In this document: piece by piece, positions 1-12,941 of the stretch
How the letters are laid out: each line of letters starts with the position of its first letter
How positions within the stretch are numbered: the first letter of the stretch is position 1
Assembly: GCA_015680685.1 (NCBI GenBank)
Contig: MNCI01002312.1
Location: 288,655-352,654 of the forward strand
From: Gnetum montanum
Taxonomy: Eukaryota; Plantae; Gnetophyta
DNA: 64,000 nt
Direction of reading: 5' to 3'
Made by a program: the position numbers and the translations under genes
The notes under the pieces: model-generated
Seen by the model: the letters and a program-made list of their open reading frames with translations, nothing else
Told to the model about the DNA's origin: nothing
The model's database searches: none

Positions 1-480
1 TATGCTGTCATGCTGTTATGCCATCATACTTACTACACTACTAGACTTGCTACATTGTCATCGTGTTACTTTTGTCAACGTGACTAAAATACTATGTTGT
101 GTTTTTTGTGCCTATTATGCTACGCTGTCATGATGCTATGCCATCATACTTGCTATGCTACTATACATGCTACATTGTCATCATGTTACTTTTGTCAGCA
201 TGACTCACAGGCTGTGTTGTGTTTTCAATGCTTGTTACGCTACGCTATCACACTACTACACTACCATACTTGCTACGCTACTATTCTTTCTATGTTGTCA
301 TACATGCTACGCTGTTATACCTATTACGCTACTATGCCTGTCACACTACATGAGGTGTACCCATTACATTGCTACATTGCATGTCACATGGCCGCTACGC
401 TGCATGGGATGTACTCGCTACGCTGTGTCATGCGCTACGCTGCTACGCTACGTGTAACATGGCTACTATGCTATATAGTA
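1..480. repeat. ~120-bp tandem repeat (units start at 1, 121, 241) decaying into GCTAC/GCTAT pentamer-rich sequence; internal to the outer Tat element
   Basis: 1-120 and 121-240 align along their length (tatgctgtcatgctgttatgccatcatact / tacgctgtcatgatgctatgccatcatact). Confidence 0.85.
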
Positions 481-528
481 ACTATCACTTGAACACTATG
501 AACTAATGCTTTGTGCTACACCATGCAA

Positions 529-3500
529 GGTCATGTTAAAATTATATTGATCGTGATTGAGCTGGTTGGGATTCTATGCTACCTAAGTGCCCTTGTGGCC
601 AACATCCCTCCCTCCCCACACATGAGTAAGGGACTAGGAAATTCGGTTTCAAGAAGGTGCGTGGAAATTCCTAGAGTTCCTCCTTCGTCACTTCAGTGTG
701 ATGGTATGGTAACACTTGTCAGCTAAGACCACTGATGTTCTGGGTGAAACGCTATTGCCTAGTGCAAACCATGGCATCTTATAGTTTATGGCTAATGGAT
801 CTATTAAAGGAGAAGGGGTCGAGAGCTCAAATCGACACCTAAAAGGTTTGAGATGCTTGTCTTGGGTTTGGGCTATGCTTGAAATTAAGTGTTACCATAA
901 GTAAAACACCTTGTTTGTCACTCGTCACATGGACACTTTATTCCAGAATCCACCTAGGACCATCTACTATGTCATTGGGTGAGTCCTACGAAGATACTTA
1001 GGTATGGTACATCATTTTTCTTGCATAGTTGAAATGCTTATTATGCTCTGTGTGTTGCTAGATTTATCATTGACAAAGATGGTCTCCACAATCAAGAGGG
1101 GGCATTGGCATTGGCCCAAATAGCCTTACAAGAGTTCTCTTCTATCGAGAACATGCGCACCAGTGTCATAGAATAGCTTGGGGCTGATTTAAAAATCTAT
1201 CCAACCAAGTATGCCAAGTTCTATCTGAAATGCGAAGAACTTAGAGGGTTAGATGGTGAATGGGCATTCTGCCAAATACCTACCATGGAAGAAGTTTTTG
1301 TGGAAATCCCATGTGAGATTATGAAATTTTTTTCATGTGTTCAAGTGATTGATTTTTTTTCGCCTTTTGTTAATTTTTTTATTGATTATTGTGATAATGG
1401 CCGAGTCCAAAGAGGTTACGGTAATCATGTCCAAACGTGAAGAAACTAATCTCTTATTTAAATACAGTGAAGTGGACGAGACATGAAGTTGGTTATGTAA
1501 TGTGGCCCTAGTCACCCTTGTTCAGAATTTCCAAGAGGCTGGGCTCATGGACCTATTCTTAGTAATAAATCCAAGCATTCTGGTTGTAGAGATGCTCACC
1601 CTTGTTGATTCTTTTAAATAAATGACTAACCACTTTCACATGCAAGTGGATAATGTGTGGGTGGTGTTTGAGATCACCAATGGCCTTTTCATATATCTCT
1701 TCGGTGTCCCTTTTGATGGTCTACCCATAGGGGATAAGATTGGCAAAGATGTAAATCATCGAGGGGACATAGAAGAATGGTTGGGAAACAACAAAGATCA
1801 TAAGGGGATTTACATGCAAAAGGTCAAGTTAGAGGTAGCCCATAAGGTTTATCCTATCTTCCAGACTCACACTTTCTCCAAGTTACTCTCCCAAGGAAAA
1901 ATTCTTGCGGTAAAGAAAGCTTGGATTATGAGGGATGTCATGGAAGAAGGGACTCGCTATAATTGGGCCAGGTACCTTGTTGAGGGTTTGTGGGCAGAAA
2001 TGGTTAAGCTTTTTGAGAGCCTTGATGCACATGTTAATGTGCACTTTGCTTGTTTTATAGCTTGCCTATGATGATTTGCTAAATTCTTGGTGGTCCAAGA
2101 AAATGGCATCTGGGTGTTGCAGGATCACACACAGATATCCAAATCATGGATCTACAAAGTATTCCACACCACTCAATCCCAGGATCCCCCAAAAGCTATT
2201 TGGAAGTCTTTTTCAATAAGAACAAAGGATCAGGTGGGAGAACCCTTTTATGCACAAGACAACATTGGACAAGAACCTCCCACTAACATAGGCAATGTGG
2301 TAAGGGGGCCATGCCTTAATAGTGAAATAGTAAAATCAAAATTGAAATGCAAGAAATCTCATCCAGTGGAAGAGCCTCCACATTCCAGTGAAGAAAGAGG
2401 TAAAAGATTGCGAATCAATGTTCATAAAGTGTATCCTACATATGTTGGTGAGCATGGTTTAACTATCTTATTAGCTACTCCTACCCCCATCCTTTTTTCT
2501 ATGTTAGACTATCATGCTCACTCTAGATGTGTTTAATAGATGATGAAGAAGAAGTTTTGGCCCCTGAGGCAAGGGCCCATGCCATAGAAGAAGAAGAGGC
2601 CTTGGCTGCAAGGAGGAGGTCCCTACTGTAGATGAACCTTTCACAGAGTGTGCCCTAGCACCTAAGGGGCTCATGATGGTTGAAGAAGCTGCTACACTAT
2701 TAAATCATCTTGAGAGAGAAGGGCAACAATTTGATGCTGGTGAGTTTGATAGTTTGCTTGATAGTTTGTTTGATAGTCTACTAATGGACAATCCCCCTGC
2801 TCTCACCCTTGAGGGTTTGCTAGGTAGGAGCTTTGCATTTTCATTTATGTTACTTTTTAGTTTTTTTTTCCTCTTCTTCACCATGCTAACATGATTTTTT
2901 ATGTAGTAGACACTACTATTAAGGCTGCTGATTCTTCCTCTTCATTTCACCTCCAACCATGGGTAGAGACCTCAAATAAGTTTGCCTTTATGAAGGGGCT
3001 AATTGATGACATGATTGATTGGTTAAGGAAAATTGATCCTGAGATAGGTGTGTTTGAACTACAACATTTTCTTTCTATGTTGTTATATTTTTTCCATCAT
3101 CTCATGACTAATGCTTCCTCATGTTGGGTATAATAGCTTCCTGACTAAAGTGGGATCCAAGACAAGCTATCAAAGTTGATGCTGTGCTTGAGCTCCCTCC
3201 AGAGGGAACCAAGGTGCCTCTTATTATATACGAGGAGGCAAGTAAATGTGCACTATACTTGGAATGATCCCTGTGGGAGTGTAGGCATGTTAACAAAGAT
3301 CTTTGGAAGTTGGTCCAAAAGCTAGAAAAGGAGAAATCTAGTCAAGTGGTTGAACTAGAAGATCTACAGTCAAGGAATGAGTTCTTGATGGCTTGTGACA
3401 CTTCCGATGGCAGTTGGCATACGACCATGATTGATTATGAAAAATATTGGTTAGCCGTATGGGTTAAGAACAAGGCTACTTGTGAGATAATTGAACAATG

Positions 3501-4104
3501 CTTGCAAATGGATCTACTAGCCTAGAAAAACTAGGACTGGAAAGATTACAGTGCCAAGGTGTACGAATGGGGGCAAGCATAAAAAAATCATAAAGACATG
3601 TACAAGGTGGAACATGCTACCTACCATTAAAAATATCAAGATGCTTCTATTGAATTGCATACTCATAAGCTATTTATTGATATAGTCAGTGCTACCAAGG
3701 CCTATGAAAAATTTACAAAACATGTGTTGGTGAGTGAGTGTCTCTCGAGAGAGATGACCTTGCCTTCTGGGGAGACCACTACTAGCACGTTTTCTCCAAG
3801 GCCACCCACTTGGATGGCTGTGGAAAAGGGGAAGATTACAGCAAGTGTTAGCTTGGGGGAAGAAGATTAGGTGAACTTAAGTGAGGATGAAATACTTTGA
3901 TACTTAGTAGCTAGCATGGACAAAATATCTCCAAAGATGGACTCAAGCCCATCTCACGTTAGCCAAGCTTTACTATATTGTAGTTTATTTTGTGATTTGT
4001 GATCATAATTTGATTCATTATTTTATTCTTACTTGATGCAGGACCCAAATGAGGATATAGGACCTAGTGGGATAGGGGATAAAGATTCTGGCGGAGACTC
4101 ATAG
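529..4104 (+). pseudogene. Retrotransposon-borne multi-exon gene, copy 1 (antisense to gag-pol): FCP1/NIF-like HAD domain + PMD-like domain + acidic/coiled-coil C-terminus; decayed
   Basis: Translates as ILIVIELVGILC..GAWKFLEFLLRHFSVMVW..WVW..CYHK*NTLFVTRHMDTLFQNP, then TNHFHMQ..ITNGLFIYLFGVPFDGLPIG..RYNWARYLVEGLWAEM, then ELEDLQSRNEFL. GT-AG introns at 979-1061, 2448-2539, 2740-~2909, 3958-4041 (two more with decayed acceptors). Colinear with 15098-18866. Confidence 0.8.
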
Positions 4105-4254
4105 CCCATTGGCAATTTTTTCTTTTTTCTTTGAAATGAAATACTTATTGTTATGTATTCTAAGTATGGACTTATATTTAATGAAAAGTAAAACACTTCT
4201 TTTATTCCTTTTGGCTAATATTTTTGTTAATGTTCTTGGGCCCCTTGTGGGCCC

Positions 4255-4530
4255 CTTGTTTTAGTTTAAGGCCATTTCAAGCCATTGCTAGTTTTATGCC
4301 ATTTTGGGCCAAACATAATGTACTATTAGGACGTGGGTTTCCAGTTTTAGGCCTTGGTAGGCCTTGTCGATAGTTTAAGGCCATTTCAGGTCATTGCTAG
4401 TTTAAGGTCATTTTAGGCCAAACATAATGTAATTTTCAACAGTGGGATTGACAGTTTTAGATCTTGGTGGGCTATAGCAATAGTTAGAGGCCATTCCGGG
4501 TTGTTGCTAGTTTAAGGCCATTTCAAGCCA
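4255..4530 (-). repeat. Array of AATGGCCTTAAACTAGCA-like motifs (seen as tgctagtttaaggccatt)
   Basis: Repeated ctagtttaaggccatttc units; reverse complement of the array at 11300-11589. Confidence 0.8.
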
Positions 4531-4667
4531 TAATCGCTTTAACTAATGCCAATGGTAGAGACAATGCAAATAGAAAATTTAATGCAAAACAAAAATCATG
4601 TGAACAGGAGTATAAAATTTATTGAAGCAAAGTGGAGGTAAAATTAATCATGCAATTGTTTCCTAAT

Positions 4668-4968
4668 CTAATGTGGGTTACGCAATGCATAGGATCGGGA
4701 AGCCTTGTGGTGGTTTTCCTCTATGCTATCATTTATTGTTTGGAAGGGAAATTTGGTCCACATGGTTTCTTCATTTGAGTCGATAGTTTTGGATGGCTCA
4801 TTTGTCAAACATGGAATTTCAGCATGAATGGGTGATTTATTTTTAGAGATTTCTATATCTAATCCTTGCTCCACGTCTATAATTTTTATGGCTCGGGGAG
4901 CTACTACATCACCAAAGATCACCACCTCTCCACCCACATAGGGTAAGTGGATCTCTTAATGTATGGAT
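4668..4968 (-). pseudogene. C-terminal tail of the gag-protease ORF of the outer element
   Basis: ORF 4668..4937 aligns with 10919..11173 (DVEQG/DMEQG, WTKFPFQ/WVELPFQ). Confidence 0.85.
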
Positions 4969-6700
4969 TGAAACACCCCAAAAAATGTGGGATCATTCTT
5001 ACTTCACTAAGCCTTGCAATTCACGTAACACCACAATAGTTCTTCAGGAGGAGAACATTTTGAGTTTAGGCCAGCTAGTTCAGAAAATTGTCTACTTTAG
5101 GTGAAAATAGGCTCTACGGGTCATCCTACATATCCACCTAAGTAGCACGCTGAGCTGACAACCTGCTCAGAAACGGTGCATGGAGTTGGCAGTAGCATCC
5201 TAGATGCACAAAATAGTTCAGCAAGTTTTCTAAATGACGAAGTCTACTACACTACGCTATGCCTCACTATGTAGCATAGCAAGCTTCAGAAGATGATTGC
5301 AGAATGGAGTGTTATGCTATGCTACACCACGTGATGTAGCATAGCATGGAAACAACTTCACAGCCAGTCCCCACGCCCAATTTTAATTCCTTCAGCAATG
5401 TCTCTTTCTATCAGGAAGTGGTAGACGATGTCTGCTACTATGCTACACTAAGCTACAAGGCGCAACAAGGTGCAGCAATCCTGCGAAAAAGACAGAAGGT
5501 AGCCCAAAGCGCTGAATCAACAAGTTTGCAAGTCTCACGAAAGAAAAGTTTGCAAATCAACAAATCTTTCGCGACTAAGACCAGTTGCTACGCTACGTAG
5601 CATAGCATAGCGTAGCAAGCATGCAACACATATGTAGCAAAATGCGCGACAAGGTGCTATGCTACACCAAGCATGCTCTACTACAAATCACAGCGAGGCA
5701 TACAGGTGGTTGTGCAACATCAATGCACTTTATCTAATTGGACCATTGACACATGTCTCCAGATGCTGACGGCACAATTACGATGTCGTAGGCTCACAGT
5801 TATGGCATAGTAGGTTCACATTACAACGGTCTTGCTAGTCCAACGGTCATACATGATATGTGTCGCACCAACAAGTCAACATGGGCCCAGGGCACGTGGC
5901 ATCCAAACTATCTATTTCGCATGCCCTTGAGCCCTATAAATACCCTAACAAACAACATCCAAAGGGTCCAATAATTTTCTAAAAAATGGCATTCAAAAAG
6001 GTTGGACTATCTTTGGATGTTGGGAATTCTCAGGAAAACGGCATTGAAAGGGCTCAAATTTTTCCAACAAGCAACATTCGAAGAGTTCTAAGATTTTACA
6101 AAGTCTTTGACTTTTCCTCTCTTTGGCACTAAATTTCTCTTCTCGGCACATTGTAGCACTGAGCATTGTAAGCTTTATGTTTGACACTACAAACAGTGAG
6201 CACCTTTAGCTGACATTTTGTTTTGTCTCCCTTTCTACCACCTTGGTAGAATCCCCTGCATTGTCAACGTTCAAAGCCATACCCAAGCACATAACCTATT
6301 TTGCTCTACACGTCCTGGTTACTCTCGGGATCTTTGCACTCTGCCACACTGTGCAACCAACCGTATCCACATTGATAGAGCAAGCTTGTAGCTTCCGAGT
6401 GGTGCATTTTTCTAACTATATTTTACATTGTTTTCTATTTATTGTTGTTTTTTACACTATTTTCTTCTCTTGCTTCATTTACTTTCAAGCATTACTTTAC
6501 ATTTCTATTCCTGTTTCAAAAATATACATTGCAAAAGGCTATATAGACACCAATTAATTCCCTATCTGATCAACCAGACCGTTCAAGATGCCCCATATCT
6601 GCACACACATAGCACGGCCCTCCCGCAGGTATGGGGTCAAAATTGTTACGCCCATCAACCCCTCGGTGTTTTCCAACCACTAACGTTTTCAGTTGTCACA
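4969..6700 (+). repeat. 5' LTR of inner Tat element (1732 bp); TATA box at 5935-5942
   Basis: Starts tgaaaca, ends tcaca; direct repeat of 25188-26933 (about 20 mismatches, mostly transitions, in the first ~150 nt by eye). Confidence 0.95.
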
Positions 6701-6706
6701 GTTTTC

Positions 6707-6723
6707 TAGCACTAGAAGTAGGG
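6707..6723 (+). other. Primer binding site, degenerate tRNA-Asn type
   Basis: tagcactagaagtaggg versus the intact tggcgctagaaggaggg at 13872, complementary to the plant tRNA-Asn(GUU) 3' end ..CCCUCCUUCUAGCGCCA. Confidence 0.8.
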
Positions 6724-6894
6724 CCTTTTGGTGCCTTTTCTACATGTCATGGTAGTTCTGTGAGCCTTCTGCACCCTAATATGCATAAGCGTAGATGCGA
6801 TACCCTTTTGTAATTTTTTGCACTTTGTGCGGTGCAGATTAGTCACCTCGATAGTTCCTCGAGAGCCCTACAGAACACAAGGCCTCTGATCGCT

Positions 6895-7200
6895 AGCTGA
6901 CTAGCTCATATTACGGTAGTCTTTCTTGCATTCTGTACCCCATCTTGCATGGTATAGAGTGGTCGCTTTGATGGCCCCTCGGGGATCCTGTGAGATGGAA
7001 AGTCTTCCTGACTACTAGTTAGCTTGCCTGTCCTATGATAGTCTTGCATGTGTTCTGTACCCCATCTCGCATGGTATAGAGCAGTCGCTTTGACAGTCCC
7101 TTGGGGATCTTGCGAGACGGAAAGCCTTCTTGGTCTCTAGTTAGCTTCCCCATCTTATGGTAGTCTTGCATGTGTTCTGCATCCTATCATGCACTAGCAT
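6895..7200 (+). repeat. ~122-bp tandem duplication (about 2.5 units) in the 5' UTR
   Basis: ctgtaccccatctYgcatggtatagagYRgtcgctttga recurs at ~6933 and ~7055, partial at ~7177. Confidence 0.8.
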
Positions 7201-7388
7201 AAACGTGACACCCATTTGTGGTTTTTTACACCTTGTGTGGTGCAGGTCATTCGCCTTGACGGTTCCTCTGGAATCCGACAAGATGTAAAGACTTCTTCTT
7301 CTTCTTTCTTTTTGCTATTCCCTAGTTTCCTTGTTCATTCACACTCTTTTGCATAACTTTTTCTCTTTTTTGCATAACTACTTGTTTA

Positions 7389-10300
7389 ATGATGGATTTT
7401 TCAACTATTGTTGCAAACGTCTTCAATGTTGAAGCTTCCATCATGGTTCAAGGCACTACTGGTGTTGAAAAACCTTTGAATCCATTACTAGAAATACGTC
7501 GATCTCTCAGAATCCAAAATCAAGGACCTAAGGGATTGGCCCAACAACACGAGCATTACAGTTTCCATTGTGCAAAGGTGCATGCAAATCTGCCCTTGGA
7601 TTTACATGAACTTAAAGAAAAATGTAGCTTTGAGTTCACTTACTGCAATGGAAAGGAATTCATCGCTATTTTCGGCATTTCATTACTTTAATGCAAGCAT
7701 ACCAAAGGCTTCTAGACCAACTAATCTAGTTGGATAGGCTTAGGAAGCAATAGGACATAACGTCCAACCAAGATGATGCTTTCTAGGATGGGCAGGAGGA
7801 ACTTGATTCCCAACCAGATGAGGAAGGTCCAACTGGCCCCATTCCTATCCCTCCTACCCAGTCCCTGTGGGCCAAGTCATCGTCTATTATCTCTCCCTTT
7901 GTAATTACACCCATGCTCCCACAACCTGTGATTATAGCTACTATGGATAGCCACACCGATTCTATGATGTTCCAAAACCCTCTTTTGCCTATAGCTACTA
8001 TCCCTTTGCTGACTGCTCAGTAGTCTATTCCTATAGCACATCGTATGCCAATCATCGCTACCCTACCATATGTTCATACCATGCCTCTTTCACAAGCATA
8101 CACAACTTTTGTTTCTGTGCCTACATTCACATCCGTTCCACCCACTGTGGTAGGCCCTGGCCCCTCCACATGGTGGGCCCCATTTTCTTCTTCATCCATT
8201 CCGCAAGCATCATAGATGTCTCACTACGTGCACTCTCAAATGCACCAACCCTTGCAATTGGCATATCCTAACATGGGGTTCTGGTCTACACTGTCGGTGA
8301 CACAAGTAGTCTACCTGGCAACCGAACCTATGGTCGTCGCCTTAATGACACCACCTGCCAAGTGGTGGACAACACAGGTAGCACCGCTTGCGGGGGTTGT
8401 CCCGACAGTACCGTCAATGGGTCAGGCTGCCACCCCTACCATACCATAAGTGGGAACTACCCCAATAGTACCCCGATCATCCACAACATCGTCAGGTCTG
8501 GACCAAGCATTTCAGCTCATCCAGACCCTCACTGATGAAATAAAATGCCTTAAAGCTGCTAGGTATGACATGGTACAAGTCATGGACTTCTACTAGAATG
8601 ACCCTATCAGCCTTGTAGTCCCTACTTTGACATTACCCCCAGGGATGTCTCTCCCACATTTCACGAAGTATGATGGGGAGGGAGATCCCAATGCACATCT
8701 TGTCACCTTCATATTTGAGTCTTTGCTATTGCAATAATGGACACACACTATCATTCATGTCTTTGCCATGTCCCTAGCTGGAAAGGCCTTGGACTGGTAT
8801 AGTGCATTTCCATGCTCATCCATATCAACTTTGGAAGAGCTACTGACCCAGTTCATGATGCGCTTCAAGTAAAACTTGAAGCTAGAAACCATGCTGGACT
8901 AGCTGATAAGTGTAAAGCAAGATGCTCTAGAGCCAGTCCAAAATTTCATTCAACGTTGGAGTGTAACCCTTAATGAAATCCGTGAGCCCATCATGGAAGC
9001 CCACCTATTGGTCATCTTTAAGGGTGCAGTGAACGACTTCATCAAGTATAAATTGTACTACCTTGCTCCTCGCTCTCTTAGTCAAGACTTTGCTCAGACT
9101 AAGAGCATACAGGACATGACCGAAGCAAGCAAAGACCTGGCCTACATCGCTTACAAAAGCACCTTCACAAAGAAGGAAAAGGGTAAATCCCCAACAACCA
9201 TAGTGGCCATTGTGGCAACTGAGGCCAAGCCCAAACCTAGTAGTCGTTGTAGCAAGAACAATAAGAAACTGGTCATACCCGCAACTAACCCTGTGCCCAA
9301 ACAGGGCCATGTACCTCAACCAGTTGCACCTACACCCGAAACATCTGCACAACCCAAACCCAACTTTGAGTGCAAAGACTGCTCAAAGTACACCCCACTG
9401 CCTCTAAAGCCTTCAGAGCTTCTGAAGCAACTGCTGGTAGCGGGCTACATCCAGCATAAGAAAATGTTGGAAGAGGCAAATGTGAGACATCAGCGCTACT
9501 GTGAGCTCATTAGAAATCCCTCTTTGGCCCTACCCAATGAGCCTCCTGTTCCTAGGGATTTCAGGTTAGATAGGTTTTGTGAGTACCACCAACAATGTGG
9601 TCACAGCACGTATTATTGTTTGTCATTGTATGATGACATCCAAAGATTAATTGACCTGGGGAAACTGGTGTTGAACGAAAGAAACCTAGTGCACCCTGAA
9701 AACCAATCTATGTATGTCTACATAGATCCCCTCAATGCCAACAATGTTGGTTATGTCATCAAAACTATTGGCATTGACAGTGATCCCAGGCCATCCCAAT
9801 AGCCATTTGTGGTCTACGTTCCTCAGCATAGTGCACCAGCACCACCAACGACTGGTCCGAGCTCGTAGCAGTTATTTGTCTTGAAAGTCCCACCACGGGT
9901 ATCCATCTTTGTGTCACCTGTTGGCAAAGCCATGTTGTCCCATCAGTTAACACCTCTATCTCCATTTATCATCAAGGGCCTGATGCCTTCAACAGCCCCT
10001 ATCTTGCACGACAAACCTGAATAGCCTCCTCGCCCCGCAAGGCAAGAAGTCCACTTGGTGGGCGAGATGTCAAAGAGAAGTACCATCAAGGGTATTCCCA
10101 AGACCACGTCTACACCCCTTGCATCTACACCTTCGCCTCCAAAGATGAAGGTTAACATGACTATGTAGCCTACATCACCCTACCGACAAGGATCTGAACC
10201 CAGATCCAAAGTCACCTCTCCTCGGGATATTCGTCTTATGGGATGAATCGAAGAGGAGGAAGGTGTCAAACAAGGGGACAGCCAAGACTTTCTGGATACC

Positions 10301-11176
10301 CTCACGTAGTTCAAGCAAGCTCTAATGTAAAAAAATGCTACATTGAGCTTGTACAACCTAATCATGACATCTGTACCCCAGTGCGAGGCTCTAATCTGCA
10401 TGTTAACAGTGGTTCTAGTCTATGAGAACATGCCAGCGGAGGAGGAAGTGATCCATTTGGTCATGCTTCCCTCCATACCTATAGAGTCCATGACACCTCA
10501 ATTGACTTTCTATGACAATGTCATTAGGGAATATCCCGAAGGGGGTTAGGTGACTATGTCATCTCTCTTCATCACAATTCGGGTCGGCCAACACCAGATC
10601 CGAAGAGTACACATTAATGATGGGACCACCACAAATGTCATTCCCTTCCCTATTGTGGACAAGTTAGGATTGGTTGACTAGATCAAACGCACAGTAACTT
10701 CATGTCTAAGGTCCTTCAACGGGGCACATGTCTTGGTGAAAGGCACAGTTCATGTACACTTCGTAGTAGGGGAATAGTTCCCCACAAGCACAATGTTCAT
10801 CATGGTCGAGGAAATACTTGGGTTTAACTTGATCTTGGGAAGGTCATGGTTAGCAAAACTTAGGGCTATCTCCTCACCTATACACTAGGAAATCCACTTA
10901 CCATACGTAGGTAGGGAGGTGGTGAACCATGGTGATGAAGTAGTGATGCAAGGAATTAGTAATGTAGACATGGAGCAGGGCTCAGAGGTCACAACCTCCG
11001 AGAGTGAGGCACTTGCTCATGCATGCATTAACCATCAAACGGAAGGATCGGCTCACCGAGCCGACTCCCAAATCGAAAATGCATGGGTTGAGTTGCCCTT
11101 CCAAATGGAGGACAATGATGTGAATGAGGGCCCTAGTGAAATATCTTGGCCTCACATTCTGATCAATCGATGACAG
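7389..11176 (+). pseudogene. gag-protease ORF of inner Tat element, many stops
   Basis: Pro/Thr-rich N-terminus, capsid motif FTKYDGEGDPNAHL..GKALDWY, Cys-His motif FCEYHQQCGHSTYYC, protease region RVHINDGTTTNVIP..NLILGRSWL. Confidence 0.9.
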
Positions 11177-11299
11177 GTCAAGAGGTAGCTATGCATAGCG
11201 TAGCACCCTAAAGCTTCCTTCCCAGTTACCATCCCTTGTGCATTCGCCACTTCTTTGCTTTGTCACCATGTTAGTCTTCTGACATGCTACACTACAGCC

Positions 11300-11589
11300 C
11301 AAAATGGCCTAAAACTAGCATCGTTGCTTTTGCTTTGTTATGGCTCAAAATGGCCTAAAACTAGCATCATCACTTTTCACTTTATTAACATGTCATCCTT
11401 CTAGCATGCTATGCTACGGTCTGAAATGGCCCAAAACTATCATCATCGCTTTTTGCTTTGTTAACATACTATCTCTTTTGGAAATGGCCTGAAATGGCCT
11501 AAAACTAGCATTGTTGTCTTTTTCTTTACTAATACATACATAATCCTTTTGGCATATAACACAATGGCCTGAAACGGTCTAAAACTAGC
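11300..11589 (+). repeat. Array of AATGGCCTAAAACTAGCA motifs, resuming at 14914-14936 after the nested insertion
   Basis: At least five aaatggcctaaaactagca-like units. Confidence 0.85.
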
Positions 11590-12404
11590 TGTTAGCACAT
11601 TTTGGCCATTTCATGGAACAAGTTGGCATGATAAAACTAGTTAAAAGTTTTTGCAATTTGATCGTTGAAAAAGTTAATGGCAATTCCCAAAGGTGCCTAT
11701 TTCCAGCTTGTCAGTCTTCAGGAGATGCACGAAACAAAAGAAGATATAAAGTAAGATCCTGATGACATGGAAATTTCCATCGGTGACTCCTCTTGCATAG
11801 TTTCAGGACCAATTTCATCTTTCAGGGAATCCGGAAAAAGTGTAACTTCAAGGAGCAGTGGCAGCCGTGAATTCAAGGATGATGTAAAAAAAAAAGAAAA
11901 TGATGAAAACGGAAAGAAAGAACTAAATATCTTAACTTCATCCTCAAGGACTAGAAAGTAGGGAGATATTGAAGGGGGTAGATCAAATGTTGAACTAGAT
12001 GTTTCTCTGACAAGCACGTCTATTTTACAGTGGTAGGGGGGTAAACTTGTACAGCACATCACGAAGCGTTTAATATTGTTAACAATTTTTTTTGACCAAT
12101 TATAAAGATCGTACGTGGACCATAGATATATATTTACTATAATTACTATCTCTATTACTATGATTTAACTAAAATATGATTTAAATAAAATATTTTAAGA
12201 TTTCAAAAGAAAAAGAAAGTTATGGGATATTTGTTTAACATCCTATAAAAAGGGGGATTTATGGACGTTTCCAACCATAGCTTTTATTTATATAATTGTA
12301 ACTTTATGTGGAATTTGTAACTTCCTAGCCTTAATCCATGATGTTTGTAACCATTAAAAAGGCCACTTGTCAACTATAGCCTCTTTATCTCCATAATGGC
12401 CACT

Positions 12405-12640
12405 TGTCATTTCCATGGGACACTTGTCACCTACAACTTGTTTATCTCTATGAAGACACTTGGCAACTGAATGAAGACACTTGGCAACTACATGAAGACA
12501 CTTGGCAACTACATGGGACACTTGTCAACTGTAGCTTTTTTATCTCTTTGGTGGTTGAAACCACCCAAAATTGTTGTAACTTACCTAACTTGTTGGGCAA
12601 GTAACCTCCTAACTTGTTGGGCAAGTAATCTCCTAATTGG
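12405..12640 (+). repeat. Short tandem repeats in the nested LTR (21-bp tgaagacacttggcaactaca units; 24-bp aacttgttgggcaagtaacctcct units)
   Basis: Directly visible at 12451-12512 and 12585-12636. Confidence 0.85.
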
Positions 12641-12941
12641 TTAGTCAAGTTACTTGAGAGAAAAGTTAGGAGAGATATTTTAGAAATATTTTCTGGATAT
12701 TTTGGAATATGTAACTTCTCTACCTACCTTTGAACCCTATAAAAAGGCTTCACGGGTCAAGGAGGAAAGGATCTCAATTTTTTGAAAAAAAAATCAACAT
12801 TGGGTCTCATACATCACACTTGGGATCTTGGAGGATTTGTAAAGACGATTGCTTGTAAGATGGCTTGCTAGAGTAAAGATTTCAGCCTCTTTGTCATGGT
12901 CCTATGAGTTATGCATTTCATTTTTTGTTTTGTTTAAATTG

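Noticed and set aside
94-492. Cys/Tyr/His-rich ORFs
   Set aside because: Translation of the GCTAC-rich tandem repeat; no domain.
529-4104. Host gene interpretation of the multi-exon NIF/PMD-like gene
   Set aside because: Both copies sit at the same position inside related LTR elements and carry the same decay-type stops as gag-pol.
6243-6709. Hydrophobic ORFs repeated at 26475-26990, env-like at first sight
   Set aside because: Inside the LTRs; similarity follows from LTR duplication, frames differ between copies, and T-rich sequence explains the hydrophobicity.
11300-11589. CRISPR-like repeat-spacer appearance (also 23960-24175, 63385-63552)
   Set aside because: Eukaryotic retrotransposon context, degenerate repeats, related spacers, irregular period, no cas genes.
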